DNA from: Mobula hypostoma
Lineage: Eukaryota
DNA length: 64,000 bases
Assembly: GCF_963921235.1 (NCBI RefSeq)
Contig: NC_086108.1
Span: 72,790,001-72,854,000 of the forward strand
Direction of reading: 5' to 3'
The translations under genes were made by a program, and so were the position numbers. Below the pieces are notes generated by a model. It ran no database searches. It had not been told where the DNA came from and saw only the letters and a program-made list of their open reading frames with translations. How positions within the stretch are numbered: the first letter of the stretch is position 1; every line of letters starts with the position of its first letter. This document shows, in pieces, positions 13,266 to 26,790 of the stretch.

Positions 13266-13950
13266 ATGTTATACTTAAGCAGGTGAAAAGAGAGATGACA
13301 GGTTGAGACTCTGAGTTAGGATGATTAATAGGAGCATTCAAATGCTGTTTCATTTTTGAGCCTTTTCACTGAAAGTTAAACTGATTCAGGACTGTTTGTG
13401 ATACAGAGCAGTTAGCAAAGCTTACAAGACATTTCTGCAAATATTTGGGCTACAGTAACATCCCATTTAAACTAGGTTCCACGAAAAGTAAGCAATATTG
13501 TTTATGTGACAGACATTATTGTATAGTGTTATGGGCATGGTCTAGGCCCTAGACCATATCTATAATATCTTAAACTCTAGGGTAAAGCCTGTGTAAAAGG
13601 CAAAAGTAATTGCTTCTGACAATATCCAATCAGTGAAACATGGCTTTTTTGGTATGTTATTTGAGCAGAACATTTACCAGGTGTGAAATAGCCTGGATCA
13701 TCTGTGCAGTGCCTCTATTGTTTGCTTGTTGATAGGAACTGTTGTCAGTAAAAGCAAACATGTAGAATTAGGAGTGGAACCAAGAAGCTATGATAGTGTG
13801 TTTGAACAGAAGGGCAAGGAACAGCTAAGACCTCTGTGTGCACACAGTTGTTGCTGTAAGGCTTGAAAGTCATATTTAACTCTCTTCATGCTTCACAAAA
13901 GAGCAGATGCAAGTAAACAGCAGGATAAAAAGCAGCAATGGATCATTTTT

Positions 13951-14745
13951 ACAAGAGGTTCTGCAGATTCTGGCAATCCAGAGCAACACATACAAAATGC
14001 TGGAGGAACTCAGCAAGTCAGGCAGTATTCATGGAAATGAATCAACAGTTGACGTTTTGTGCTAAGGTCCTTCATTAGGACTGGACAAAAAGGGAGAAGC
14101 CACCAGAATAAAAAAGATGGGGGGGGGTTGAGGGGAAGGAGGTTAAATTAGAAGGTGATAGGTAAACCCAGGTGAGTGGGGAAGGTTAAAGGGTGGGGGG
14201 GGGGAAGGAATCTGATAGCAGAGGAGAGTGGACCATGGAAGAAAGGGAAGGAGAGGTATCAAGGGGAGGAGAAGTGGTGAGAGGCCAGAGTGGGGAATAG
14301 AAGAAGAGGGAAGGGGGAAGGGACAAAAATTACCGGAATGAGAAACCAGTGTTCATGTCTTCAGGTTGGAGGATACCCAGACGGAATATGAGGTGTTGCT
14401 CCTCCACCCTGTGAGTGGTTTCATCTTATCAGTTGAGGAAGCCATGGATTGACATGTCGTACTGGGAATGGGAATAAGAATTAAAATGGATACCAGGAAA
14501 TTCCGCTTTTTGTGGATGAGGCAGAGGTGTTCAACAAAGCGGTCCCCCAAATTACGTCAGTCTTACCGATGTAGAAGAGGCTGCATTGGGAGCACCGGAT
14601 ACAATAGATGACCCCAACAGATTTGCAGTTGAAGTGTTGCCTCACCTGGAAGGACTGTTTGGGGCCCTGAATGGAGGTAAGAGAGGAAGTGAATGGGCAG
14701 GTGCAGCATTTCTGTCACTTCCAGGAATATATGCTAAGAGGGATC
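13951..14745 (-). mobile_element. Penelope-like element 3' fragment (GIY-YIG endonuclease remnant and terminal repeat)
   Basis: The minus strand near 14560-14635 reads FNCKSVGVIYCIRCSQCSLFYIGKT (GIY-YIG). A degenerate hammerhead-type end lies at ~14046-14085. Confidence 0.88.
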
Positions 14746-16489
14746 ATTTGTACCAAGGCTGAGACTTGGTCCCATTGTTAAAATGTGTTCATGGAAATAA
14801 AGAGAGAGGAAGGCCATTAAGATTTCCTTTAAAGTCTTTCCTTGATTTATGTCATTATCAGTTTCTTCAGGCCAAACCCAAAAGTTAAATTTCCATATAC
14901 ATTGTGTGTGGTTGTGTTTGAAAAACAGCTACATTTTGGAGACTTTTGACGCAGGATGATTATCTGATTGATAAATTATTGATTTGTAAAGATTGCTGAA
15001 TCTCTATCTGCTTTACATTTATCTATTTTTACATTTATCTATTTTTACATATGATGTTGTGAATTTATGGAGCTTTAGAGATACAGATATAAGTTCTACC
15101 TTCATTCCCAGACAGGTTGGCACTTGGGCTGACTCTGCTGGGGAAGGTTTGACCTTGTCCCTCCCCCCAGTCTCTCGGCATGAACACACTCAGGTTACCT
15201 ATAATCCTCCTGAGGCGAGTGTCTGAGGTTCAGCACAGTTCCTCACTGTTTTTTGAGAGCAAGTAAAGACACACTGCAGAAATGTGAAGATAAGATACTC
15301 CATTCTATAGAATCTCAATTTTAACACATCCTGTTTGCTACGTTACTGTGGCTGGAATAGTCAGAGCTCCGGGTAGAGTCTTTGTTTCTCCTCAACACAG
15401 TGAGAAAGCGGTGCTGAATGCTGGCATTGACAAGAACACAATGATATCTAATGTTTACAGGGTATCACTTTTAGAGGGATGGATATTATTCCTGCAGCAC
15501 CTGGGATTGCATTAGCAAATCCAGGGTGAAGAATAGGATTGACTTTTGGCTCCCATGATGAAAGATGCTGTCACGTGGAACAAGCTGAACTGAGGTCACC
15601 AACTTGTGTCAGTAGCACATTCAACATGATAAGAGTTTGTAAAGAAATCCAGCTGGTAAAGAAGATATTTCAGCTACCTGATTGCTGTATGTATCAAAGT
15701 TGGATTTATGCTGCATTCAATATGCCTCTCAGGAAGACCTTTCTGAACTTTATACACTAGAAGATGATCTGTATGGGGAGTTAAGGGATAGGCTAAAATT
15801 TGAAAACAATTTTGAACATATTATGAATAGATAGGTAGGTATATACAATAAATTTTTCTTTGTGAACATTGTTGAATCTATTATCTCAGTTGTACATTGC
15901 AAAGTCCAGTGTTGCACTAGATCGTACAAATCAGAAGGTACTGGTTATCATTCATTATCTATACGAACTTAATCAGGACTCCAGAGGTGCAGAAAATCAC
16001 TTTCATGTCCTGGGTTTAGAGGAGTGTGAAAAGTTCAAAGTAAATTTATTAACCAAAGTACATTTATAACTCTGAGATTCCTTTGCTTGCAGGCATACTC
16101 AATAAATCCAATAACCTTAATAGAATTAATGAAAGACCATACCAACCAATGTGCAAAAGACGACAAACTGTGCAACTACAAAAACAGAAACAAAAAGATG
16201 TAATAATAAATATAGAAGCAATTAAAGAAAAAGATAAACCATTTAAATGTCTGCAGGTTGCATGTCATATACAGTACTTGAGGATACAGTGCTTGATTGT
16301 GTTGGTTAAATACTCCGTTGCACAGTGAGAAATATTAAATGATTGCTTGAACAAATAAACCATAGCAGCCTGACCAACCGCATTCTAATAAGAAATAGGA
16401 GCATAAATAATAGCCGCAGGATTAGGTCACCTGGCCCCTTGAGCTGTTCTTCCATTCATCAGGATCATAGATGATCTAACTGTTGCAGA

Positions 16490-17250
16490 CAGTTTCTTGT
16501 GGATTTTACTCGTCAGTTTTAAAAAGCGAGCAGGGCCTGTCAAGATTTGGCTGCAGAGTGGGAGATTGCTTGATGTAATAGTAACTTTAATTAGCAAGGA
16601 CCAATAAAAAGTGGAATGGCCATTGTGTGAAGGGCCAGGCTTTGACTCAACAGGCTTGGGCGCAGGCTAGAACTTAAGTTTGAGAGGTTAGACGCATAAC
16701 AAGTGTAGGCACAATGGTAATTAAGACAGTGGAATGCTTCTCCTGTGAGATGTAGGATTTCAGAATATCTAATATAATGTGGTAAATTGGATCAGCAAGT
16801 TTGCTGATGACACTAAGATTGGAGGCGTTGTGGACAGCAAGGAAGGCTTTCAAAGCTTGCAGAGGGATCTGGACCAACTGGAAAAATGGGCCAGAAAATG
16901 GTAGGACATACACAGTAAATGGCAGGGCACTGAGGAGTGCGGAGGAACAAAGGGATCTGGGAGTTCAGATACATAATTCCCTGAAAGTAGCGTTACAGGT
17001 AGACAGGGTTGTAGAGAAGGCTTTTGGCATCCTGGCATTCATAAATCAAAGTATTGAGTATACGAGTTGGAGTGTTATGGTGAGGTTGGATAAGACATTG
17101 TTGAAGCCAAATTTGAAGTATTGTGTGCAGTTCTGGTCACCTAACTATAGGAAGGATATCAGTAAGATTGAGAGTGTGCAGAGAAGATTTACTAGGATGT
17201 TGCCGGGTCTTCAGGAGTTGAGTTACAGGGAAAGATTGAAGTTAAAGCCT
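16490..17250 (+). mobile_element. CR1 fragments: 5' UTR/ORF1 start joined to an ORF2 3' part
   Basis: ORF 16801-17262 contains EQRDLGVQIHNSLK and YCVQFWSPNYRKD. The upstream part resembles the CR1 5' region at ~52600-52790. Confidence 0.8.
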
Positions 17251-17254
17251 TCCC

Positions 17255-17912
17255 CACCATAGAGCACATCTACTCAGAACGTTGTCACAGGAACGCAGCA
17301 TCCATCATCAGGGACCGCAACCACCCAGGTCAGGCTGTCTTCTTGCTGCTGTCATCAGGAAGAAGGTACAGGAGCCTCGAGACTCATACCACCAGGTTTA
17401 GGAACCATTATTACCTCTCAGCCATCAGGCTCTTGAACCAAAGGGGATTACTTCACTCAGCTTCACTTGCCTCATCACTGAACTGTACCCACAACCTATG
17501 GAGTCACTTTCAAAGACTCTTCGTCTCAGGTTCTCGATATTTTTTGCTTACTTACATAAGAACACAAGAAGTACGTGCAGCAGCATCTGGCCCGTGTTGC
17601 CTGCTCTTACTATTCAATAAAATCAAGACTGATCTGGCCATGGACTCATCTCCACCTATCTGCCTTTTCCCCATAACCCTTAATTCCACTACCATGCAAA
17701 TTATTTATTTATTATTGTTATTTTTTGGGGGTCTCATTTTGTACTGTATTTGCACTGTTTTCTTTTGCACACTGGTTGGCCTCCCTGTTGGTGCTGTCCT
17801 TCACTGATTCGATTACAGTTATTGGATTTATTGAGTATTGCCGCAAGAAAATGAATCTTTGGGTTGTAAGTGGTGTCATCTATATATTTCGATAATCAAT
17901 TTACTTTGTACC
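17255..17912 (+). mobile_element. Rex1/Babar LINE 3' fragment with a short inverted CR1 tail inserted at ~17555-17700
   Basis: LLSSGRRYRSLETHTTRFRN..AIRLLN motif. Tail ...GATAATCAATTTACTTTG. Confidence 0.8.
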
Positions 17913-20184
17913 TTGGGATACACAGCCTACCTTATATTCTGAGATTGTGACCCTTGACTCCAGAGTCCTTTAAGAATTTAGTGAGGTTGTCAGATTTCAT
18001 CTCATTCTTCCAAATTCTGTGGAATACAGGCTTTTGCTACTCAGTTTCTCCTCATTGGAAAAACCCACCATCTTTGGAACCCATATTTTCTGTGTTCCCT
18101 TATGCCAATTAGCATTAAAATGGAATAATCCTTCAACCTTTTGCCAACTCATGAAATTTTCCTGATTATTGGAATTTATTTATATTAATATCTCAACATT
18201 CTGTTATCTCCCTTTCAAGAATTGTTACACAGTATAGGAATAAATATTCCAGTGAAGTGAACAAGCTGAAAGAGAGAGCATGAAACTTGGTCCTGGTTAC
18301 TGGAAGAAGTAAGCTCAAACTGGGGCCCCAGTGGTTTGGTAGGACATGTGAAATCCAGGCCCTCAGTGATTTTGAAAGAGAAAGTGGGAGCTGGGGCCCC
18401 AATGTCTGAAGATAGCACGGGTACCGGATTCCCAGAGAGTGGGGCGGGAGTACAGCCAGCAATACCCAGTGAGCCACATGCCATACCATCGGGTTTCCTG
18501 ACGGCCGGATAGAGAATCTAGAATGTGCTACCAGGGTTGTGGACTGGTCGGTTCAGCCACAGTGTTCAGAAGAGAACTGGATGAATATCTGAAAGGAAAT
18601 AAGATGGATGGCAGAAGGAAAGGCAGAGAATCAGGATCAGCAGAATTGCTATTGTATAGGGTGTGAAATGGAGCTGATGAGCTGAATGGTCTGCATTCAT
18701 TGGCATTGGTAACACATTGCAGTAAAGTTGCTTACAACAATGTGTATCTTTAAATGCTTAATATTTTACATTACATCCATTTGTTCCATGGAATCCAATC
18801 TTTATTATTCCAGATAGTAAATTATTCCATAAGGAAAAATGAAAAAGATCATAATCGGAAATAATTTTTTTTCGTATTTTAGATTTTCAAGTACATGTTA
18901 CAACTCCATTATTATTAAAAAGTAATTTATTTAATTCATTGCTAGAATGTTTTAACACACAATGAGCTTTAAAATCAAGTATATGCAGTAAGAGCATATC
19001 AGCATTATTGGAGAACTTAGATAAAGCACGGAGATCTACAAGCTGAGGAAACTTTTTTATTATTGAAGAATCGGTCAAATAAACAAGAAAAATAGTCCGG
19101 TTCATTGGAAAGGAGAATTTGAAGGATCCTCAAATATTGTCTGTTGCTCATTCACAATAACAAACTTAAAAAAAAAATACAATTACAGGCCTGAAGAAAA
19201 TGGGCAATCTACATCTGGTTGATTGGGCATTTTTCTTCCTTTGTCCTGTGTCTCTGCTCTGTTGCTGCATATCTGCTGAGAATGGGTGGGGGCGGGAGTC
19301 ACTGTAAGACATCAGCGTGGGACTGATTGTCTCTATTGCCTGTTCAACACCACACCATTGTGCATTTTTTTGGATTTGGATTCCCCATGGGATGCAGCTG
19401 AAACACTGTATTCATGGAAATACCCTTGTTTAAAAAGCTTTGTAGGAATAGATCATATCAGTCAGCAGAGAAAGAAAAGTTGACAAACTATTCATTATCT
19501 TTCAGTTTTATTTTCATATACAGACTGGTATAAAGTGATTAAGGTTTGGTCTGTTTATTTGCAGGTCATGTGTCTGTTCATCTTTCTTCTCATATTTAAT
19601 AATGTAAGGGATTTTACTTGGAGTTCTGTAGCTAACAGCTTATTTTTTTAAAGAATAGATTTCAGCAGAAAGTTAGTTAAAGCAAAAGAATGACACTGAA
19701 CAGCAGACTGGAGTATTATACACAATCGGGTGCTCTTCTCTGCTTTTCCTTGTGTTTAATTACACTGCTACATTGAGCTAACATATTTTGATGCAAACGA
19801 GCAAGTCTGGCTCCCATGAAACAAGACTTTTTCAAAGAGTCAGTAACACTAAACTGGGTAGCATAGCAAATCGTCCATACACCATGCCCAAGGATGGTAT
19901 ATTATGAGTTATCACCATCCACTCTTCACGTTGAGAATCTTTGAGATCAGTTGGGATGTGTTTTCCATTCAAGTACAAAATAGAGTATAATGGGTATGGA
20001 AAAGGGCCTGCATCAGTATTCTGTCATGGTCTTCGTCAGAATGCTGCCGGCAAGCTCTGGATGCCAAATAGCCTTCCAGAGACAGCTCCTTTTATGCTGT
20101 TGGACAGATTTGCTTCTCTAAGTAATGAGTACCAATTTCTATCCTTGGACTGAATCCTTTATTTTTTTAGGAGGAGGGGAAAAA

Positions 20185-20830
20185 CACTAATTGGCCACCT
20201 TATTAGTTACACCTGTACACTTGCTCGTAAATGCAAATATTTAATCAGCCAATTATGTGGCAGCCGCACAGTGCATAAAAGCATGCAGTCATGGTCATGA
20301 TTGTTCAGACCAAACATCAGAATAGGAAAGCAATGTGGTCGAAGTAACGCTTTATGTGCAATGATCGTTGGTGCCAGGCGGGTTTTTTTGAGTATCTCAG
20401 AAACTGCTGATCTCTTGGGATTTTCACGCACAGGTCTCTAGAGTTTACAGAGAATGGTGCGAGAAACAAAAACCATCCAGTGAGCAGCATTTCTGTGGGT
20501 GAAAACTCCTTGTTCATGAGAGTGGTCAGAGGAGAATGATCAGACTCGTTCAAGCTAACAGGAATGTGATTGCAACTCAAATACTTACACGTTACAACAG
20601 TGTTGTGCAGAAGAGCATCTCTGAACACACATGTCAAACCTTGGAGTGGATGGGCTACAGTAGCAGAAGATCACAAATGTACATTCAGTGGCCACTAACA
20701 TAGAACATAGAATAGTACAGCACATTACAGGCCCTTCAGCCCACAGTGTTGTGCCAACCCTCAAACCCTGCCTCCCATATAACCCCCTACATTAAATTCC
20801 TCAGGATGTACCTAATATAGCCACTGAGTG
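20185..20830 (+). mobile_element. Tc1/mariner non-autonomous deletion derivative
   Basis: Terminal inverted repeats CACTAATTGGCCACCTTATTAGTTACA ... TGTACCTAATATAGCCACTGAGTG|TA. Internal decayed transposase N-terminus: MIVGARR..SISETADLLGFSRT..RVYREW..GQRRMIRLVQANR..QKSISEHT..MGYSSRR. A CR1 tail is inserted at ~20697-20802. Confidence 0.85.
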
Positions 20831-20983
20831 TAGTTTGTTGAGTATTGAAACCATGAACCACTTAGAAGATGAAGTAATATTAAAACAGAAGTTGTATTCA
20901 TTATGAGGTGATCTGCATGTTGTGAAACAGGTGCAAGCATAGAAAGATGGCTTGTTTAAATGCAAATGGCACTAACAATGTAA

Positions 20984-21598
20984 GGCTGAATTCTGCTGAA
21001 CCACAATCTTTGCATTTCTGCAGTTTCCTGGGCCAGATGTAAAGACCCAATTGCATTGGTCGTCTACATTCTCAAATCAGGCCTCCAGGAAGGGAAGATG
21101 ATGCTGCAGAGGTTTTGCCTCTGAAATTTTCTTGACAGGTTTTGACAGAAGGCAAATCTAGGGGCAGAGCTTTGTCTTCTGACAAAGCCGCCATGGATTT
21201 TAGCAGAACTTCAACACCTCTCAACACTCAGACATTTTAAAAACATCAAAATTAAAATTAAATATTAAATAAAATATATTAATATTCTGATGAGTTAAAG
21301 CTAAAATTTAATTAGAACCATATAAAATTATTATGAAATAATTGAAAACATCAAGCCAAAGTATATATATTTTTAAATTACCTTCCACTTCACAACCAAA
21401 TCTTCAGGCCTGGAATCTCCATTGATTTCAATGGAGGATCTCAGAATTTCCTCCAGGGGGCTATCTGGTGAAGAGTAAAATCAATCCATGTCCTAGACTC
21501 ATAGCATGTGCATCTGGGTCCTGAACTTACTTCAATTCAAGTGGCTGAATGCCAACAATTGCCTTTGGAACTGCAATCATGCTTAGCAAGTTTCACCC
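20984..21598. mobile_element. Possible ancient MITE (PIF/Harbinger-like)
   Basis: Weak terminal inverted similarity (GGCTGAATTCTGCT.. / ..AGCAAGTTTCACCC). Internal palindromes CTCCATTGATTTCAATGGAG (21417-21436) and GCTTTGTC-TTCT-GACAAAGC (21169-21188). Confidence 0.35.
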
Positions 21599-21734
21599 AA
21601 AGTGGTTATGAGATCATATCTGTGGTGTCGGATATTGTGGGAAGAAATAAAAAGTGTGTGAGGTAAGGAGTTTCACTGATCCATGTGTTCTGCCAAGCGT
21701 GTGGATTTTCTGTGGTGAATTTGAATTGCAAGTA

Positions 21735-22517
21735 ATGATGTATGAGTTAGCAGTATGCCAGAAATTCAAGAGTGGCAGGGGGCAGAAGTAGGAGTTGTTG
21801 CTATTACTGAGGAGAAGGTGCTTGGTAAGCTGAAAGGTCTGAAGGTAGGTAAAGTCACCTGGGCCAGATGGACTGCACCCTAGGGTTCTGAAAGAAATAG
21901 CTGAAGCAATTGTGGAGGCACTAGTAATGATCTTTCAAGAATCACTAGATTCTGGAAGCCTGGAAAATTCCAAATACCACTTCACTCTTTAAGAAGGGAT
22001 GGAGGCAGAAGAAAGGAAATTATAGGCTAAGAAGGTCTTGGAGTCCATTATCAAGGATGAGGATTCTGAGTACTTGGATGCACATGATAAAATAGGCCAA
22101 ATTCAGTATGGTTTCCTGAAGGGGAAATCTTGTCTGACAATCTCTTGGAATTCTTTGAGGAAATAACAGGGAAGATAGAGAAAGGAGAGTCAGTGGATAT
22201 TGTTTACTGAAAGCCTTTGACAAGGTGCCGCACATGAGATCACTTAACAAGACAAGAGCCCAAGGAATTACAGGGAAGATACTAACATGGATAGAAGATT
22301 GGCTAACTGGCAGAACGCAAGGAGGTGGAGTCAAGGGGTCTTTATCTGATTGGCTGCTGGTGACAATGGTGTTCTGCATGGATTGGTGTTGGGACCGCTT
22401 CTTTTCATGTTACATCTCACTGATATCGACGACAAAATAGGTGGCTTTGTGGCCAAGTTTGTGAATGATATGAAGATATCTGGAGTGCTGTTGTGTTGAG
22501 GAAGCCTGCAGAAGGAC
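21735..22517 (+). mobile_element. CR1 ORF2 fragment on the left flank of the Gypsy element
   Basis: Motifs KSPGPDGLHPRVLKE, KAFDKVPH and AKFVND. Stops abruptly after ..LQKD. Confidence 0.85.
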
Positions 22518-25500
22518 TGCAGTTGTGAATACAGTGCATAGTATACAGTGAAAGACGCACTGAACCTAAGGTAAAAATATCATGGCAATGGCTTCAGTCG
22601 GGAAAGTTGAAGAATTTGATAGAAGTAATGAAGGCTAGGAGTCCGATATCGAGAAGGTGGAACTGTATTGTAACCAGAACAATGTGGAGGAGCAAAACAA
22701 ATCCTCTACACTTCTTAACTTAATGGGCCCAAGAACGTACTGTCTCTTACGCAACTTAGTAACCCCTACAAAGCCGGCAGACAAGATGTTCAACGAAATT
22801 GTAACAATTTTACAAAATCTCTTGACCCCAAAACCACTGGTAATAGCTGAGAAATTTAGATTTTACAAAAGGAACCAGGCAAAAGATGAAAGCATTTTCT
22901 GAATACACTATAGAACTGCGCAAACTTCCTCAGTATTGTGACTTTAGTGATGGACTTTCTTGAAGCATAGAGACAGGCTTGTATGTGGCCTGCCAAGTCA
23001 AAGAACTCAAAAGAGGCCATTATCCAAAAGAGACCTAACCTTAGAACAGGCATCAACTATTGCAATATTTTTAGAGACTGCAGCAAAGGATGTAGCAGAA
23101 CGATAGAAAAGGAGGTTAGAATGTGACATGCAAAAAATGTCCCTGAATGATGCAAAAAAGAGCCAAAGATGTTATCGTTGTGGCAAATCCTCCCATGATG
23201 AAAATAACTGTTGGTTCAAAGAAAAAGTCTGCAAAAAATGTCACAGACAAGGTCACATAGAATGTGCAATGCAGACAAAAAGCAAAACTGAGTGAAAAGC
23301 CTCAGCAAATGCATGAAGTTACTGAATGTAAAACAGAATCAGACAACTCAGAGTCTGACAAAGGTGAACAGTCATGCCTAGAACAGCCTAGTATACCTGA
23401 AGCAGATCACAAAATCATTTTGATCACAATAGATGTGTCTGCTGTAAATTGAAAATGGAGCTGGATACAGGGTCACGTTTGTCCATAATTCCAGAGGTTG
23501 ACTACAACAGATTGTTCTCTAAGATACCATTAGAGAAGACCTCAGTGATGCTAAAGACTTACATTGGTGAAAAAGTGTCTCCCAAAGGCAAAGAGAAAGT
23601 AAACGTGACTTATGGAGGCCAAACACAACAGTTAGAGCTTCATGTATTGGAAAGTGGAGGGCCAGCACTTTGCAGGAATGAATGGTGGAGAAAAATTCAA
23701 CTGGACTGGCACTCAATCAAAGCTCTCAGTATGACATCAACAGGCATGGCAGCACTAAATAGAGACTGGCACAGTTGCTTAATGCTAATGAGAAAGTGTT
23801 TGAGAGGGCTTTGGTAAACTTAAAGGTATGAAGGCCAGAATTGAACTTGATGACGCAGCAACACCAAGGTTCCACAAAGTGCATCCAGTGCCTTACCCTT
23901 TATATCCTAAAGTGGATGCTGAACTTCAGAACATGAAGGTGCCTGGAATTCTCTCCAAGGTTGAGTGGAGTGATTGGGCCATGCTCATTGTCCTGTTCTT
24001 CAAGAAAGGGAAGGCCAGAGCCATTTGCATACGTGGGGATTTCAAGGTGAGCATCAACCCTGTTCTGCATAATGTGCAGTATTCCCTGTCACGAATAGAA
24101 AACATTTTTTGCATCTTTGGCAGGTGGGGAGAGGTTTTCAAAGATTGACTTGTCACAAGCCGACAGTATCTGCAAATGGAGATTGAGAGTCAAGCAGGAA
24201 GTCCCTCACAATCAACACTCACAAAGGACTGTTCCAGTATAATTGTCTCGTCTTTCGTGTCGCATCAGCTCCAGTATTTTGGCAAAGAGCAATGGACCAA
24301 GTGCTCCAAGATATCCCAAAAAAACAATGTTACCTTGATAGCATCATTGTGACTGGAAAAAGTGATGAAGAGCACCTCCAGGACCTTGATAATGTGCTTA
24401 GCAGGCTGAGTGAGTATGGTCTGTATGCAAAGTGAGAGAAATGTTGAGTTTTTCAAGAATAAAATCTTATACTGTGGACATGTCATTGACAAGCATAGCT
24501 TACATAAGTCACAAGAGAAGATTGAAGCTGTGCTACAGGCACTCAAACCAGAAAATGTGTCACAACTCAGGTCATACTTGGGCCTTGTAAACTACTACCA
24601 CATTTTCTCCCAAACATTGCTACAGTGCTGCATCCACTGAATGCACCATTACAGACAGGAGCAAAATAGGAATGGTCAGAAAGTGGTGAAGAAACACTCA
24701 AGGAAACAGAGAGACATAACATCCAAAGAACTGCTCACCCATTATGACCCATCAATCTGATGTATGATGCATCCCCTTATGACATTGGACCTATTTTGTC
24801 ACACATTATAAAAGATGGATCTGAATGCCCGATTTTGTTTGCTTCAAGATCACTGTCGAGTGCAGAACACAACTATGCACAGATCGACCGAGAGGCCCAT
24901 GGTCTAGTATGGGACATAAAGAAATTCCACCACTACCTCTATGATCAAAAGTTTACAGTAGTTACTGATCACCTGCCCCTTGCGTCCGTTTTCAATTCCA
25001 GGAAAGGAATTCCAGTGATGACTGCTACCCAGTTACAACTTTGGGCACTATTCCTAGGAACCCACTCTTATGAAATAGAGTTCAAGGGTACCAAGCAACA
25101 CAGCAATGCTGATGGCTTGTCATGTCTTCCACTATTGGCAGCTGAAGAAGAAAAGTCTTCATATTGTGACCCAGCAGAAGTGTTCCACAGCATTGATGGA
25201 CCAATTGCCAGTAGCAAATTCCAAAATACAAAGGGAAACAAGGAATGACTCAACATTGTCAAAAGTCTATGAAATCACCATACAAGGACGGCCAGCTCTT
25301 GGTAACCCTATGTTTTCAGAGTTTACAGTGAGACAAGACTAACAGTTGATATGTTAAAGAATTCTGATGTGTGGATCTTGTGTTGTGTTTCCCTCTAAAC
25401 CATGCACCAGAGTATTAGAGAATCTGCTCGAAGGACACCTGGGTACTGTCATGATGAAGAGCCTCGCCCAGAGCTACGTGTTGTGGCTAGAAATAGAAAA

Positions 25501-26790
25501 ACAGATTGAAAACTTAGTCATAAGCTGTTCAGGATGCCAAAAAGTTCAAGATGCTCCCCCATGGGAGCGGCCATCATCACTGTGGCAAAAAGTACAGAGT
25601 GACTTTGCCAGGCCGTTCATGAACTCCACGTTTCTGATTGTTGTGGATGTTCATTCGAAGTGGCTGGAGGTTAGACCAATGAAGTCAACCACCTCAGCAA
25701 AGACTGTCTCTGACTTAAGGAATATCTTTGCCAGAAACAGCTAACCCAAACAAATTGTGACTGACAACGGACCACAATACACAACAGAGGAATCCCAACT
25801 GTTCATGAAGAAAAAAGGCATCAGACATTTCAAGTCAGCTGCTCGCCACCCAGCAATGAATAGTTAGCTGAAAGGTTTAGCCAAACCTTCAGGAAATCCA
25901 TTAAGCGATGGACAAGGAGGACATTTCTCTACAGCACAAGGTAGGTGACTTCCTTTTTGTGTATCACAAGTCTGTTCATGTGATGACAAATCAAACACAT
26001 GCAATGCTGTTCATGAACAGGAATGTGAGATCTCACATAGATCTCCTGAAGCCAGATCTACAGAGGGAAGTGTAAACAATTCAGCCTGTTGCCAAGTCAA
26101 GCAGCAAAGAGCTTCATGATTGGACAGGAAGTCCTAGTGCGTGATTACCGAGAAGCCAAGTGGACACTCGGTAAGATAGCTACAAGAACTGGACAACTGA
26201 TGTTCACAGAGGATGCTAGAGATCAGACATGGAGACGTCACTTAAACCAGATACTGGATGCTCAACTGAAGGACACCCCTGAGTTGACTGCATCTAATAA
26301 AGTGGACACATTACAGTCACTGGACTTACCTCTCAGTGATGATGTCATTGACAGCAATGTGACACTGGAAGCAGAGAATGTTGTCTTAGACAAGACACCT
26401 ACCAAACCTGATGACAATCCACAGGTACAGATGTGTGACAAGAACATTATCGTTGACAAGGCACCAGCCAAACTGATGCCACTCCACAGGTCCAGAGGCG
26501 ATATCCTGAAAGAAACAGAATGCCAGCCAAGAGACTGAATCTTTAGAACTGTGAAGATAGTTATGGACTGTTATTGTGAAAACATGTTTAGTTGGAATAT
26601 GGGTTAATGAAAGAGAAATTGAATGTTTTGTACATATACAGTTTTATGTTGCATTAATCTAAAGGGGCAGGAAGGGTAATGTATAGATCTACTTCTTTTA
26701 GAGTCATGACCCCCCCCCCAGCACTATATATTGATCTTTTGTCTGTGCATGTGCTGTTCTCTACGCATGTGCATTTTTTTCTTTCTCTCT
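22518..26790 (+). mobile_element. Degenerate Ty3/Gypsy (Mag-like) LTR retrotransposon: gag-PR-RT-RNase H-integrase, PPT and partial 3' LTR
   Basis: Gag: PKPLVIAEKFRFYKRNQ and double Zn knuckle CYRCGKSSHDENNC..CKKCHRQGH (~23170-23260). Protease: MELDTGS. RT: RGDFK and CYLDS (decayed YLDD). RNase H: DASPY..NYAQIDRE..VTDHLPL..NADGLS. Integrase: EGHLG..CSGCQ..DF..VD..SKW..TDNGPQ. PPT AAAGGGGCAGGAAGG at 26661-26675. Many stops and frameshifts. Confidence 0.95.

Noticed and set aside
13537..13557. Near-perfect palindrome ATGGTCTAG-GCC-CTAGACCAT
   Set aside because: A single 9-bp stem is not unexpected by chance in 64 kb, and it is too short for a pre-miRNA.
15112..15214. Possible exon QVGTWADSAGEGLTL..NPPE with a GC donor
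   Set aside because: Non-canonical donor, no recognisable protein match and no supported partner exons.
22583..26538. Domesticated or active Gypsy gene, or an env-like extra ORF (26089-26538)
   Set aside because: Numerous stops and frameshifts, and YLDD has decayed to YLDS. The last ORF is the integrase C-terminal region with no signal peptide or transmembrane segment.
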